A stretch of 64,000 nucleotides of DNA, taken from NCBI RefSeq assembly GCF_009914755.1, contig NC_060928.1, one strand, 5' to 3'. Below the pieces are notes generated by a model, which worked only from the letters and a program-made list of their open reading frames with translations, searched no databases and was not told the origin of the DNA. This document shows positions 29,530-43,844 of this stretch, piece after piece. The position numbers and the translations under genes are program-made. Position 1 is the stretch's first letter. The number at the start of each line of letters is the position of its first letter. The stretch comes from the human T2T-CHM13v2.0 reference genome, Homo sapiens.

Positions 29530-31134
29530 TAACCCCTACTAAGTATTCAAGTGAAAGAAAGAGATGCACGTCTCTCACTTTAAATAAAAAACCAGAAATG
29601 ATGAAGCTTAATGAGAAAGGCATGTCGAAAGCTGAAACGGGCTGAAAAGTAGGCCTCTTGTGCCAAACAACTAGGCAAGTTGTGAATGCAGAGGAAAAGT
29701 TGTTGGAGGAAATTAAAAGTGCTACTCCAGTGAACACACCAATGACAAGAAAGCAAAACAGCCTTATTGCCAATATGGAGAAAGTTTGAGTGGCCTAGAT
29801 AAAAGATTAAACCAGCCACAACATTCCCTTAAGCCAAAGGCTAATGCAGAGTAGAGCCCTAACTCTCTTCAATTCTAAAGGCTGAGAAAGGAGAGGACGC
29901 TGCAGAAGAAAAGTCCGAAGCTGGCAGGGGTTAGTTCATGAGGTTTAAAGAAAGAAGTCATCTCCATAATGTAAGTGCAAAGTGAAGCAGCAAATGCTGA
30001 TGTCAAAGCTGCAGCAAGTCACCCAGAGGATCTAGCCAAGATCATTGGTGACAGGGGCTACACTAAGCAACAGATCTTCAATATAGACAAAATAGCCTTG
30101 CACTGGAAGAAGATGCCATCTAGGACTTTCATAGTTAGAAAGGAGGAGTCAATGCTTGGCTTCAAAGCTGAAAAGAACAGCCTGATTCTCTCGTTAGAGG
30201 TTAGTGGAGTTGGTGACTTTAAGTTGAAGCCAATGCTCATTTACCATTTCAGAAATCCTGGATCTTTGCTGAAACCAAGATAAGGGAGTAAGCAATAATG
30301 AGGTAAGCAACTCAGATAATGAGGGCCCTTAAGAATCATGCTAAATATATTGTGTCTCTGCTCTATAAATGGAACAACAAAGCCTGGATGACATCATATC
30401 TGTTTATAGCATGGTTTACTGGATATTTTAAGCCCAGTCTTGAGACTTACTGCTTAGAAAACAAAGGTTCCTTTCAAAAATATTACTACTTCTCATTGAC
30501 AATACACCTGGTCACCCAAGAGCCCTGATATAAATATACAATGCTTCTCATAGAATGTACTTTTCATGTCTGCTAACACAGCATCCATTCTGCAGCTCAT
30601 GGATCAAGGAGTAATTTCAATTTTCAAGTCTTATTATTTAAGAAATACATTTCATAAAGCTATAGTGGCCATACATAGCAATTCCCTTGATGGATCTTGG
30701 CAAAGTAAATTGAAAACCTTCTGCAAAGGATTCACCATTCTAGATGACATTAATAACATTTACAATTCATGGGAGGAGATCAAAATATCTGCATTAACAG
30801 GAGGTTGGGAGAAGTTGATTCCAGTCCTTCTAGATGACTTTGAGGGGTCCAAGACTTCCGTGGAGGAAGAAACCATAGATGTGGTAGAAATAGCAAGAAA
30901 CTAGATTTGGAAGTGGAACCTGAAGATATGACTGAATTGCTACAATCTCATGATCAAACTTTCATGGATGAAGAGTTGCTTCTTCTGAATGAACAAAGAA
31001 AGTGGTTTCTTGAGATGGAATCTACTCCTGGTGAAGATGTTGTGGACATTGTTGAAATGACTACAAAGGATTTAGAATATTACATAAACTTAGTTGATAA
31101 AGCAGCAGCAGCAGAGTTTCAAAGGACTGACTGA
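29530..31134 (+). pseudogene. Disabled Tigger1 transposase (CENP-B HTH plus DDD domain)
   Basis: Broken into the ORFs at 29975, 30319, 30566 and 30907 by stops, frameshifts and an insertion. Catalytic motifs are still visible: NID (first D), attgacaatacacctggtcaccca = IDNTPGHP, and MDQGVI. Confidence 0.9.
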
Positions 31135-31397
31135 GATTTTGAAAGATGTTCTATTGTGTGTAAAATGTTATCAGAAGGCATTACATGCTACAGAGAACTC
31201 CTTCGTGAAAGGAAGAATCAATTGATGAGGCAAACTTCTCTGCTGTCTTATTTTAAGAAATTGCCACAGCCACCCAACCCTCAGCAACCACCCTGATCAG
31301 TCAGCAAATATCAACATCCGGGCAAAACCTTCCACCACCAAAAAGAGTACAACTTGCTGAAGGCTCAGATGATGATTAGCATTTTTAGCAAGAAAGA

Positions 31398-31714
31398 TTT
31401 TTTTCTGTTTGTTGTTTTTAGGGTTTTTGTTGAGACAGAGTCTCACTCTGTCACCCAGGCTGGAGTGCAGTGGTACAACCTCAGCTCACTGCAACCTCCA
31501 CCCCCTGGGCTCAAGTGATACTCTCACCTCAGCCTCCTGAGTAGCTGTGACCACAGGCATGCACAACCATGCCTGGCTACTTTTTTTATATTTTTGGTAG
31601 AGATAGGGGTCTCACCATGTTGCCCAAGCTGGTCTTGAACTCCTGCTCAAGCAGTCTGCCTGCCTTGGCCTCCCAAAGTGCTGAGATTACAGGCATGAGC
31701 CACCACACTCAGCC
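31398..31714 (-). mobile_element. AluJb-like, inside Tigger1
   Basis: gggctcaagtgat and gttgcccaagctgg. TSD aagaaag(t)attttt. Confidence 0.93.
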
Positions 31715-32074
31715 AAGAAAGTATTTTTGAATTACGGTATGTAAAGGTTTATACATAATGCTATCACACACTTCAAAAACTACAGTATAGTATAAAAATA
31801 ACTTTTATATGCACTAAAAAATCAAAAATTCAGTTAATGTGCTTTATCGCCATATTTGCTTTACTGTGGTGGTCTGAGACCGAATCTGCAACATCTCCAT
31901 GGAATGCTTACATACTGCAGAGGAAATTGAGGCTCACAGGTGAAGTGTCTTGCCCATGTTCACAGGCACATTTAGATGAACAAGGGTGGGCTAGCACCCC
32001 AAATATCAACTAGTTCAGAGCCCCTTCCACCACATCACAACTTTGTCTCCTCAATAAATGTTTGTGTTAAAGAT

Positions 32075-33239
32075 AAGATAACTCCTTGAGGCCTAAAAGT
32101 AATACCCAGTAACAATGAGCACTCGTAGCATTCAGTTCTTGGTTTCTTACATCATTCTCCAATAAAAGGAATCAGGACTCTGTACAGAAATGGCTGATTC
32201 TTGGACCGGGGCAGGAAATATACAAAAATGACCCTGGAGCACCTTGTACTACAAGAAGGTGAGGAAGAGCTCACACACACACACACAAACACACAGACAT
32301 AGACACACACACACACACACACACACACAATGATGAGAGTATATCAAAGGGACCTAGCCACCAACTGAAAGAATTTTCCCAATGGCCAAAGCCAGAACAA
32401 GAAAAATACCACGGTGTTGGATTATAACTCAAAGTATAAAATAAATATCCATGAGTCCATACTGATATAAACACACGATTGAATAAATAAGTGAATTAGG
32501 AAAAAGGAACAAATTGCCCATTCAGCAAAATTCCAAAGAATTTATCTAAATATGCTGTCTTTGAGGCAGTAGAGTTTAACTGCAAGTTTTTACATGAGAC
32601 CTGTGCATAGTGACTTTCTTACAAAAAGTCCTGTGTTTAAAAAGGGAAGATAAGAGAATAACTGTGCAGTGAAGAAATCTGACAAACACTGCCTCAGCCA
32701 TATGATCCAGTTCAACATCAACAGTGATAAGTTGGGTTGATAGTATGTTTGTGACCTTGATAGGATGTGACAAAAATGGCACTTTACTTTTGTGGGCTTC
32801 CTCCTAAACACCCATGAGCCCATCTAATCATGAAAAAAACAAGACTAATCCCAGGTGAAGGACATTCTACAAAATTCCGGACCAGTCCTCCTCAAAACTC
32901 TCAAGTCCGTGAAAAACAAAGAAAGGCTGAGAAGCTGTCACAGACAAGAGGAGTCTCAAGGAGTCCTGGGCAATAAATGTAATACGGGGTCCTGGATGGG
33001 ATCCCAGAACAGAAAAAGGATGTGAGGTATAAAAACCAGAAATTCGAATCAAGCATGAACTTTAGCTAATAGTAACATATAACTATCAGTTCACTAATTG
33101 TAACAAATGCACCCTACTCATGTAAGATGTTATAACAGGGGAGACTGGGGCAGGGCAGGTGGGAACTCTATGCTATCTTTGCAGTTTTTCTGTAAATCTA
33201 TAAGGGATTTAAAATTAAAAGTTTATTTAAAAAAAAAAA
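32075..33239 (+). mobile_element. L1MC/L1MD-type 3' UTR fragment
   Basis: ataaaataaatatccatgagtccatactgatataa, caacatcaacagtgataag, ggacattctacaaaat..accagt.ctcctcaaaact, ..ttttctgtaaatcta..aaagtttatttaaaa. Contains a (CA)n at 32272-32329. Confidence 0.88.
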
Positions 33240-33249
33240 GGATAATCTC

Positions 33250-33510
33250 AGCCAAGCATGTTGGCTCACATCTATAATCCCAGCACTTTGGGATGCCGAG
33301 GTGGGTGGATCACCTGAGATTAGGAGTTCGAGACCAGCCTGTCCAACATGGTGAAACCCTGTCTCTACTAAAAATATAAAAATTAGGGAACATTGTGGCA
33401 GGCGCCTGTAATCCCAGTTACCTGGGAGGAGGAGGTTGCAGTGAGCAGAGATGGCGCTACTACAATCTAGCCTGGGTGACAGAGTGACACTCTGTCTCAA
33501 AAAACAAAAA
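33250..33510 (+). mobile_element. AluSx-like, with a ~32-bp right-arm deletion
   Basis: Dimer. TSD aaaa(g/a)gataatctc. cccagtta|cctgggagg junction. Confidence 0.93.
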
Positions 33511-34544
33511 GATAATCTCTCTCCAAAGCCATCCACATGACACATAAACTATTTTACATGATCATACAAATGAGCCTTAATCCAAGGTAAACAAGGCAAT
33601 TTAACTATGATTTCTATACACTGGTCATCATGACAATCTCAGTGCTTAGTCATGTAAATATTTGACAATGAATAATTAAAAATTCATAACACTTTCCACA
33701 ATAGGTGGCTCATCCTTCCTCATCATTGAGCAAACTGGCAAAAGAGCAGAGGCAACAGCTTCTAGAGATAAAAGGAAGGCTTTAAAAATAAGAGAAAGCA
33801 TAGCAGGTGGTGCCACCTGTGCTATCTGATTCTACCCAACAATCTGCTACTGAGTGGTGGTGAAGGGTAAAAAATCAGTTAGTCCCTCACAGTTGGGGGT
33901 GTAAGAGGCAACAACTTCAGCTCAAGTGTGTCTATATCCAGTGTGAAAGAGATCCTAAAATTGCAACCTTAAATGCCTTGGGTATTGACAGAGCAATCCA
34001 TGTGGCAGCTAAGTGGACATTAATGTACTATAAAGTATCTGTTGGAGCCTCACAAACTAAATTATTTTCCCTCCTACCTATATACCAAGAGGGTATAATC
34101 TACTGATGGGAAAAAAGAATTCTTGATTTTTAAACTGAGCTAAATTGCAATGCCATGGCAGGGAGGGGGCCTAACTAAGACTCTAGTTGGTGAAATGAAA
34201 GGTTGTGCTGAGCTTCTCAGAGCCCTGCTCACTTCCCATCACCCACCTACAGCAAATGCCAGGGTGATAGTCCATCAGCTCGTTGATAGAGTGGAGGCCC
34301 TCTGGCTCAAATCTCCTTCACTCAGACATTCCATCCATTTGGTACGGAACAACCATGTTCTATCTCATAGAATCATGGTGCCATCACAGTTTTGCAAGGG
34401 ACCTGAAAAGCTGTCCTATCCAGCTGAGCATTTAACACCTGATCCATCATTATAAGATCCCTGCCAAGAGTTCCTTCAGCCTCTCCTTGAGACAAGAACC
34501 TCAATATCTTGCAAGGCATATTCCAAAGGCGTCATTGCCTCTGC

Positions 34545-35330
<786 letters not shown>

Positions 35331-37075
35331 AACTTTCTATGTGATAAGCAGTCATATTTACAGGAAGCACATGTCCCATCCCTATAAAAATATTAATTCA
35401 TGATAGATGTACTTATGGCATTCCATTTTATGGTATTAGAAAGATTTTTATCCATATATCTTTGTAAGATTGACTATTGTTGTGGAAAACACAGTCACCT
35501 TACATATTGAAAGTGACAATCATGTCATGGGTTTCTTTTATTTCTTACTTAGATACTGCATGGGAAATTCACAAATACATGTAAAGGTCACTTCTTATTT
35601 ATCTCTGTCCCCCTCTTTTCTGCACCAAGCCTAGCACATGACTTTCCATAATGTAAGTGTTCAGGATCTAGCCAGGCACTATCTTACCATTGTGTTCTGA
35701 GTCAATACAGAAGACAGAGGCAGGAGAACAGCCTCCAACAGCAGTCCTCTACTATGGCAAAAACTACCATCTAGTATTACCAAAGAGAAAAAGGCTGGGG
35801 CCAAGCCTCAAGGCTCCCAAGATATAGCACAGTATCACAGCAGGTCACTGAAAGAGAAGCTGAAGACTGATCCCTATCACTCTGGGTATTTGCCACCTGG
35901 AAGAAAATAATATGTTCAGATAAACTTCCAACTCAGTAATGTTTTAATGCCTGAACCTCCACCCCACTCCATCCCCTGGCCAAAGAAAGAGGACAATTCA
36001 TCAAGGCATTCATTCATTCATTTTTTAAAGAACATTTACTGAGCATCTACTTTGTGTGAGTACTTGCTAGGTGGGGAACACACAGATGCATCAGACACAA
36101 CGAAGCTGGGAATAGTCTTGGTAGTGTCACCCTGTGTCTCAGGAAGATCAAAATGAGAGCTGCCACTCCTCTCTCTCTAGAGTGGAGATTCCCAGGGAGG
36201 AGAGTAGAGGGCTTGCCCACAAATCTGTCTCCCTTCAGGATTCCAAGAGGAGGATTAAAGTCCTAGAATGTGCTCATGGGCTGAATGTGAAAGTGAATGC
36301 CTGGGGTGTTTTAGATGTAATTCCCTCCCTCCCTGGAAGGGCCTGGGTTTCGCCTTCACTGTCAGTCTCTTTTCTCTCAGGCAGACAGTTCATCCGTTGA
36401 AATCAATAGGTAGGAAATCAATAAAATGCAAACACGGCACTTTACCCTTGCTGGTTTAGTCTCTCTCCCTTCAATCCTGAATACACCGCCGTGTTTCCTT
36501 TACATCAGCCCTCTTGGCGACCTAAAAGCCTCTTCAGTTTTTGCCATCTTACCATTCTCCTTGGCTGTAATGTGAAGTTGCTTTGGCATTTATCCAAGGA
36601 AGACAATTTTTCCAAAACCCAGGGATTCTATGTCCTGGATTCAACCAACCATTACTTTTCGAACATTGTATTTTAGTACCTCTAATCTTTGCCATTAGAC
36701 CACAGAAGATCATATATGGAAGTAAATGTGAACAGGTTGTGATGCTTTCCAAAGTTGTTACAGGCATGTTACTGGTGACAGGGCATGCTCTCTGTCTTTT
36801 GAGGTACCCAGACAGAGGGCTAACGATGTGTCAGAGTGGAGCTGAAATTCTGACATTGTTGAAGGATTGGCCTAAATGATCATTAAAGCCCCTTCTGATT
36901 CTGAGATTACGTTATTCAACATGGAGGTGAAATATCCATATTATAAAAGCAAAATAGCAGTGGCTAGTTTTGGACTGGACAAATAAGTCCTTTCCCCACC
37001 AAAAAAAAAAAAAAAAAAGAAAAAAAATTCAGAAACATTTAGAGAAGGCAAGCTGTCAAAACTCCGATGAACTAC

Positions 37076-37204
37076 AGCCAGGCATGGAGGTGCACAACTG
37101 TAGTTCCAGCTACTCGGGAGGCTGAGGTGGAAGAATCACTGGAGCCCAAAAGTTGGAGCCCAGCCTGGGCAACCTAAGCAGACTCTGTTGCAACAACAAC
37201 AAAA
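37076..37204 (+). mobile_element. FLAM_A-like Alu monomer
   Basis: agccaggcatgg..ctgtagttccagctactcgggaggctgaggtgg..gagccca..cagcctgggcaac. Single arm with (AAC)n tail. Confidence 0.8.
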
Positions 37205-37329
37205 TCAGACAAATTGAAGTCAAGGAGATAGTGCCTGGGAGCATTAGTTATCAATGAGACTACATCTGAACCCAGCAGCTGGAAAAGTCTGAAACATCAG
37301 GATATGTCGTGAGGAGCATATTACAGCAC

Positions 37330-37540
37330 AATGGTTGGAACTGAGTTCTAGTAACATTTCTGCTATTCACTACAGCAGCTCAGTAATCTTGAGCAAGTTA
37401 CATAACCAATCTCCAAGCATCAGCTTCCTCATCTGCAAAATGGGAATAATAACTCAGAGTTGTTATGAATATTAAATGGGATAACATTTGAAGAGTTATC
37501 ACCCATCATTGCCACTACAGGGAGAGCATTTTAATGATAA
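37330..37540 (+). mobile_element. MIR
   Basis: tcttgagcaagttacataacc..cagcttcctcatctgcaaaatgggaataata..attaaatgggataa. Confidence 0.8.
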
Positions 37541-37934
37541 CTCCACACCATCTGATGACCAGCATTGATACTGAAGTGGACTTTGTCACTTTAATTTCTA
37601 TCTTTTTGGGGAACCATAATTCTTTGACATTTGTTTTAAGCTTAGAATACATTTGAGGACCTTGGAATTTAGATTTGCAGCAACAACAACAAAAAATTCA
37701 GTCTGTCAAAGAAAGGCAGCTGAGCCACGCTGTGATGGTCTTGGTAAAGGCAGAGGACACATCTGCACCTCACACCTGAATCAACATGTAACTCTCCATG
37801 ATGGCTCAGTGGTATTGCTAATTGCAGAAATCAAGGGCCCTGTAAATGGGACAAATAACAGAATCAATCCTGATTCAGCATTCTAGGTGACAGAAAGCCA
37901 TCAAGTAAACCCTTTGCAGGTTCTGTGTCATCAC

Positions 37935-38124
37935 TACTGTGTTCCACCTTAACCTGACCATAAGAATCACCTGAGACGCTTATTAAACGCCCAGAGATTT
38001 AAGAGTGAGTCTCAGGCATCTTCCGAAACATCTCAGTTAATAAGTCAGTTAAGAGGCCTGATAATCTGTATTTTTACAAGCATCCCAGGTGATTTATAGG
38101 AGCAGGAAAGTTTGGAGAACACTT
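37935..38124. mobile_element. MER5-type hAT-Charlie relic
   Basis: agaatcacctgag..aatctgtatttttacaagcatcccaggtgatt..aaagtttggagaacact. Confidence 0.65.
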
Positions 38125-39007
38125 GTCTTAGTGGCCAAAGGATTTACTATAGATTTGGTTTCTTAATAAGCACTCACTGCGGACATATATGCTAGGAAAC
38201 TTCCCACTGTAATTCACACAAGGCATCCATCCCTCTTAATCCTTCCAATCCCCATGCTATGTGGTCATGGTTGTCCCCATTTGAAAGACAGACCCAAAGC
38301 TCAGCGAGGTAAGTGATTTATCCTTAAGTGTCAGAGCTGGGTTCCAACCCAAGTCTTATGACTGCTGCTCGGGGCATTTTTCCATGATCTCATGGTTGCC
38401 TTTGTCATCTAACTCACTCCTCTATCAACAACTCCACAGCCGATGATCCAGGCAGCCATGTGGGACTAGTCATGGGAATGTCCCAGACTAATTTGAACAT
38501 GTCTTTCACAGCAACAAAGAGCAGCTGCATTTCCAGTGGAATGTCACTGGCTGGAAATGGTGCCCTGCCCAACGCAGGGCCTCTTTATATATCCTGTGAA
38601 AATGCCCTAAGAATGCTGTTGCAAAGTGTTTATTTTCTCTGGTAATACTAAATACAAATGTCTCCCAGGAATCTTGTTGCTCGGGGCCTAGTGTATAACT
38701 TTATAAAAGTAACTACTGCCTCCACACAGTCCCCTACAGAGGCCTCGCGATATATATCATTAGTTCATGAGCTTCATTGTTGGGTAAGAATGCCATTAGA
38801 AAACATATCATTTACCCAATAGACTAAAATGGACCCCAAGGAGCTATTCTAGTCTATCAGGTAATTATGGGGGAAACCTTGTATTATTTACTGGAGAAAA
38901 TGGAATACCACCCTGGGAGGCATGATGGCCCATCCCTGTTATCAATGATAAAGAGATGATCCCATTTTGTGATAACAACCATTGAGCTTACTCTGATTTC
39001 TGGCGGG

Positions 39008-39404
<397 letters not shown>

Positions 39405-40664
39405 TAATAGCTCCAACGTAACCATAAATAATAAAATATTTTTTAAAAATATTTTAATCCTGCTCTTATCTTTACTCAACAGAAAAAAACATGAAATCCT
39501 CCAGAATCTCGTTTATTTCACTAGCGCTGTCATGACCATTCCCACGGGCAGCACATGGCATCCTCTCACCTCACAGGCCCTTTCGAAGCTTAGCAGCCCT
39601 GAGCACAGAGTCAACTGACCCATCCTCAAATGCAAACTCTCTGGGGATTCCAACTAGAAAGACAACGAATAACAAGGACTTAATCTTCATTCTAGCTGTC
39701 TCAAGTCTCAAGGATCACTGGGCTGGGTTGCCTCTCTCCCAAAAAGAGCCACTTCTCAGAGCTTTTAGACCAGCGTATGGTTAAATCTCCAGGACCTACT
39801 ACAGCTCCTGGCATTCTGAGGATATGCAATAAACTTGTGTTGCATAAAGATCTCTTCTTCCGGCCCTAACATTCTGTAACTCAGTTGCTATCATTCACTG
39901 CTTTGTCTCCAGCATTTAGAACAGTGCTGCCCCCAAACAGAATTCCCTTTTTAGCTTGTGGGGTGTTTTATTTTTCTTTTTGCAACATATCTCAACTGAT
40001 TTATTACATGGCTTTTACTTCTTGATCCTCCTTGCTGACCCATAGTCCTGCCACACAACAAAAAAGTGTAATGGGAGGAGAAATGGAGGGGCGTGACACA
40101 AGAATCATCCTGGAATGTGAAATGGGGTAAAGGAGAGCCAGGAGATCTTCAAAGGCAGAAGAGGGTCATGAAAATGACAATAGGAAGGGATATTAAGGAA
40201 CTAGAAAACAGCCAGAAACAGAAGATAGAATCTATTCATTGAAAAACATGTTTCCTGGAGCCCTGGAGTGTGAAGAGCCCTGTGCCAGACATGGGACATG
40301 GGGAAGAGCTATCACTTCTTAGCCAGGGTCTCGTAACACTCTTGAAAACTCTCACAGAGAAGCATAACCCCAGAATAATAATAATAATACCAGCTCAGAC
40401 AGTCACATGGGAGGTGGGACTGGGGACAAGGAGGCAGAGCCTAAAGAGAAAGGTCGAAAAGTGGGGGTGCAGGCAAAAACCTCAAACCACCAGCATGACA
40501 CCAGTTGGCCCTGTTTTACACATTCTGCACAGAAACCAGTTAAAGGTTCTCATCTTTTTTGAAACTTAACCTTTTCAATTCTCTGCTGTCTCAACACCAG
40601 ATGGTAAGTTCCTTGAGGGCAGGGGTTGGGCAGCATCTTTAGTCCATCAAAGAATCTTGGACTT

Positions 40665-41285
40665 TTTTACACTGTTGGTGGGACTGTAAACTAGTTCAAC
40701 CATTGTGGAAGTCAGTGTGGTGATTCCTCAGGGATCTAGAACTAGAAATACCATTTGACCCAGCAATCCCATTACTGGGTATATACCCAAAGGATTATAA
40801 ATCATGCTGCTATAAAGACACATGCACACATATGTTTATTGTGGCACTATTCACAATAGTAAAGACTTGGAACCAACCCAAATGTCCAACAATGATAGAC
40901 TGGATTAAGAAAATGTGGCACATACACACCATGGAATACTATGCAGCCATAAAAATGATGAGTTCATGTCCTTTGTAGGGACATGGATGAAGCTGGAAAC
41001 CATCATTCTCAGCAAACTATCACAAGGACAAAAAACCAAACACCGCATGTTCTCACTCATAGGTGGGAATTGAGCAATGAGAACACACGGACACAGGAAG
41101 GGGAACATCACACACTGGGGCCTGTTGTGGGGTGGGGGGAAGGGGGAGGGATAGCATTAGGAGATATACCTAGTGTTAAATGACGAGTGACTGGGTGCAG
41201 CACACCAACATGGCACATGTATACATATGTAGTAACTAACCTGCATGTTGTGCACATGTACCCTAGAACTTCAAGTATAATAAAA

Positions 41286-41320
<35 letters not shown>

Positions 41321-41343
41321 AATTTTTAAAAAAGGAAAAAAAA
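40665..41343 (+). mobile_element. L1PA4/5-like 3' fragment, inserted into an L2 tail
   Basis: ORF2 end plus 3' UTR with G-rich tract and (TAAA)n tail. 16-bp TSD aaagaatct(t/c)ggactt at 40649 and 41344. Confidence 0.95.
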
Positions 41344-42912
41344 AAAGAATCTCGGACTTCTTAGTGCCCAGTAGATAGCTAGGTACCAGTCATTCAATAA
41401 GAGCTGGCAGGCATACAAGTGATAAGATACAACTGCTCTGTCTTCAAGGAATCTACCTTCTGAAGAAAGAGACCAACAGGAAAAGTGGTCATTTTAATTG
41501 CATATGAGAAGTCTTAGGATAGAACTATGGAATGAGTGAGCCACTACTTATGTGGAATTATGCAGATTCTGTTTCTGGGAAATCATCTTCAATTTTGAAG
41601 GTTACCTTGTAAGGGAACTGGATTCTCCGTATGTCATAAATTCGTTATCTTACAGTACTATACTCCCGCCAACAGCATGCTTAAATCGCCTCCACAGGAA
41701 AACAGCATGGCTGTAAACATCCTTGGTGAAAATATTTGAGATAAAAGATGGCCTTTGAGCCTACTGTATAAATGAGATGTAACTATTCCCCCATAAATCC
41801 TATTCATTCATTCATTCTTCATTTTAACATGCACTGATTAAGCACCTACTGTTTGCAACTCACTGAGATTTAAGTAAAATTGAATCGATGCCTTCCAGAA
41901 CCTAATGAAGGAAACAGCATAGTACTTTTGTTAGAGGGAGATAGAGGCTATCATTATATCTAGGTGTCTGGACTTTAAAACAATGTCTGTCATGAGGAAA
42001 AGCCACAAGTTCTAAATGGCATATGGCGATTGGTATTTTTTATTAGCGTTACTCAAATGACATCATAAACATACATGGGGCTACACAGCAGAAAAAAAGG
42101 AAACAGTACCAAATCTTTTCTTGGAAGAGCTAACAGTCTGAAGACCTGTATTTATTTTTTTAATCTGATTTCTTGTACAACATCACAGCATGATCTGCTC
42201 TCTTACTTGAAGCAGTTAACTGTAGAGAAAAAATAAGTTGAATACTTATTGAAAGAGACTGTCCGTTTCTACCTGCTAATGCACAATCTAAAATGACCAT
42301 TTATATGCACAATCATTTACCTGATGCATAATACTTAACTTGAAAATTATCACTAAGAGGTACTGCCAGTGCCAGCATTTGAGTGCTGAGCTTTGTTGCG
42401 AATGCTAAAGCATTTCTGCCGATAATGAAGCACTCAACAAAGGGCCCTTTGTTAGACAATAAAAATAATTGATTTCAAAAGTCATCAACTGGTGATGAAC
42501 AAATGCATTTTATAGCAAAGCAGTTGTAGATTTTTGGGTAAACTCATATATCACTACAATAGGTTGGTTTTGTCCTTTGTTTTTGTTTCTTTTTTAATCA
42601 TAACCTATTCCGTATTCTTCACCTACAGCTTATCTTCATTTTTTTGTTAATAACAAAAGAGCCACTGCTGTTTATGGGCTCTTTCTTTGTGCTAGGACTA
42701 GCAGTGTGCATTCGTTGTCTTATTGACTCTTCACATCTCTTTATGAGTTAAGTTCTGTTCTGTAGAGTAATCTGTGACTGGTCTGATTTACATGGCATAG
42801 TTGCAACTGTGAGAGCTGAGGGACTAGTACATTATCTCCTTTTTAGATACAAGAACACCAAGACCTGCAAAAGTGAAGAGACTTGTCCAAGGTGACATAT
42901 TTGCCAACTGGT

Positions 42913-43416
42913 TGTAACAAATTGCAAAAGTAAAAAATAAAAAAGGCCATAATGCTTCCCTCCCTTGCAGCAAGTCCCCTTTATCACGTAACTGTGCAGC
43001 TCCTCTCATCCCAGGGCAGAGTCTCTTTCCCCTTGCATCTGACCTGGCCTTGGGACTTGCTTTGACCCATCCAGTGTGTCAGAGCAGTATTGTTGCCAGT
43101 TCTGCGGCTCAAAAGGTCTTGCACTCTTCCATGTTCTCTCTCTCTCTCTTAGGATCCTACCCTTGCTGGTAGAACAAGCCCATGCTAGCCTGCTAGATAA
43201 TGAGAGACATGTAGTTCAGCTACCCTCTTTAGCCCAGGTGACAGCCTGACGAGCCCCCAATACAAAACTGCCTAGCTAACCACAGGCTCACTGCAAAAGC
43301 ATGCATGAACCCAGATGAGACAAGCCCAAATTGCAAAACCACAGAATCATGAGCTACATAAGTGGTTGCTATTTTAACCACTAAATTTTGAGGTGATTTT
43401 TTACAGTGCCGATACA
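42913..43416 (+). mobile_element. MLT1H-like MaLR solo LTR
   Basis: tgtaac..gcagctcctctcatc..gacttgctttgacc..agcccaaattgc..acagaatcatgagc..ttgctattttaaccactaaattttgagg..gataca. Confidence 0.8.
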
Positions 43417-43844
43417 GTGCCACTGCTAAAAATGTACTTCAGATAGTCAAGGCTGTCTCAACTGATATGTTTTTTATTTGTTACAGAAAAACAAGAATTA
43501 TTTTATAATTAATAAATAGAAGTTGGGAGTGAGAGGGCTAATGTCACATTAAAACACAAAAACATGGGATTATTTGATCAGTAGAGATTAATTATTCCTG
43601 TGTTTGTGTTTTATTCATAGATCCTACCCACCATGCTACCAAGGAGTGTTGTCTCTCTAGGATGTACCATTGTCACTGCTTTTCTTCTATTCATTAAAAC
43701 TTCTTCCTGCAATGAATGACTGTGTCGACTCTGACTACATGTTGAATTTGAGCTCCGAAAATATAATCAGCATGAAAAACTTTTAGTATCATTTACATAT
43801 ATAACATATATAACATTACATTTTTAATTAACATTGAATTAGCC

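Larger units (their letters stand above)
29119..31910 (+). mobile_element. Full-length decayed Tigger1 DNA transposon (TcMar-Tigger/pogo)
   Basis: 5' end ta|caggaatac..gttttattgtgctttgctttat and 3' end ..tctccatggaatgctta. Transposase fragments in the ORF track ([58 protein letters not shown]). Confidence 0.97.

Noticed and set aside
29975-31134. Possible domesticated TIGD-like gene
   Set aside because: Multiple stops, frameshifts and a 62-bp insertion show neutral decay.
37001-37027. Isolated poly(A) run
   Set aside because: No TSD or attached element visible; treated as a simple repeat.
41128-41150. G-quadruplex-like tract
   Set aside because: Standard feature of the L1PA 3' UTR.
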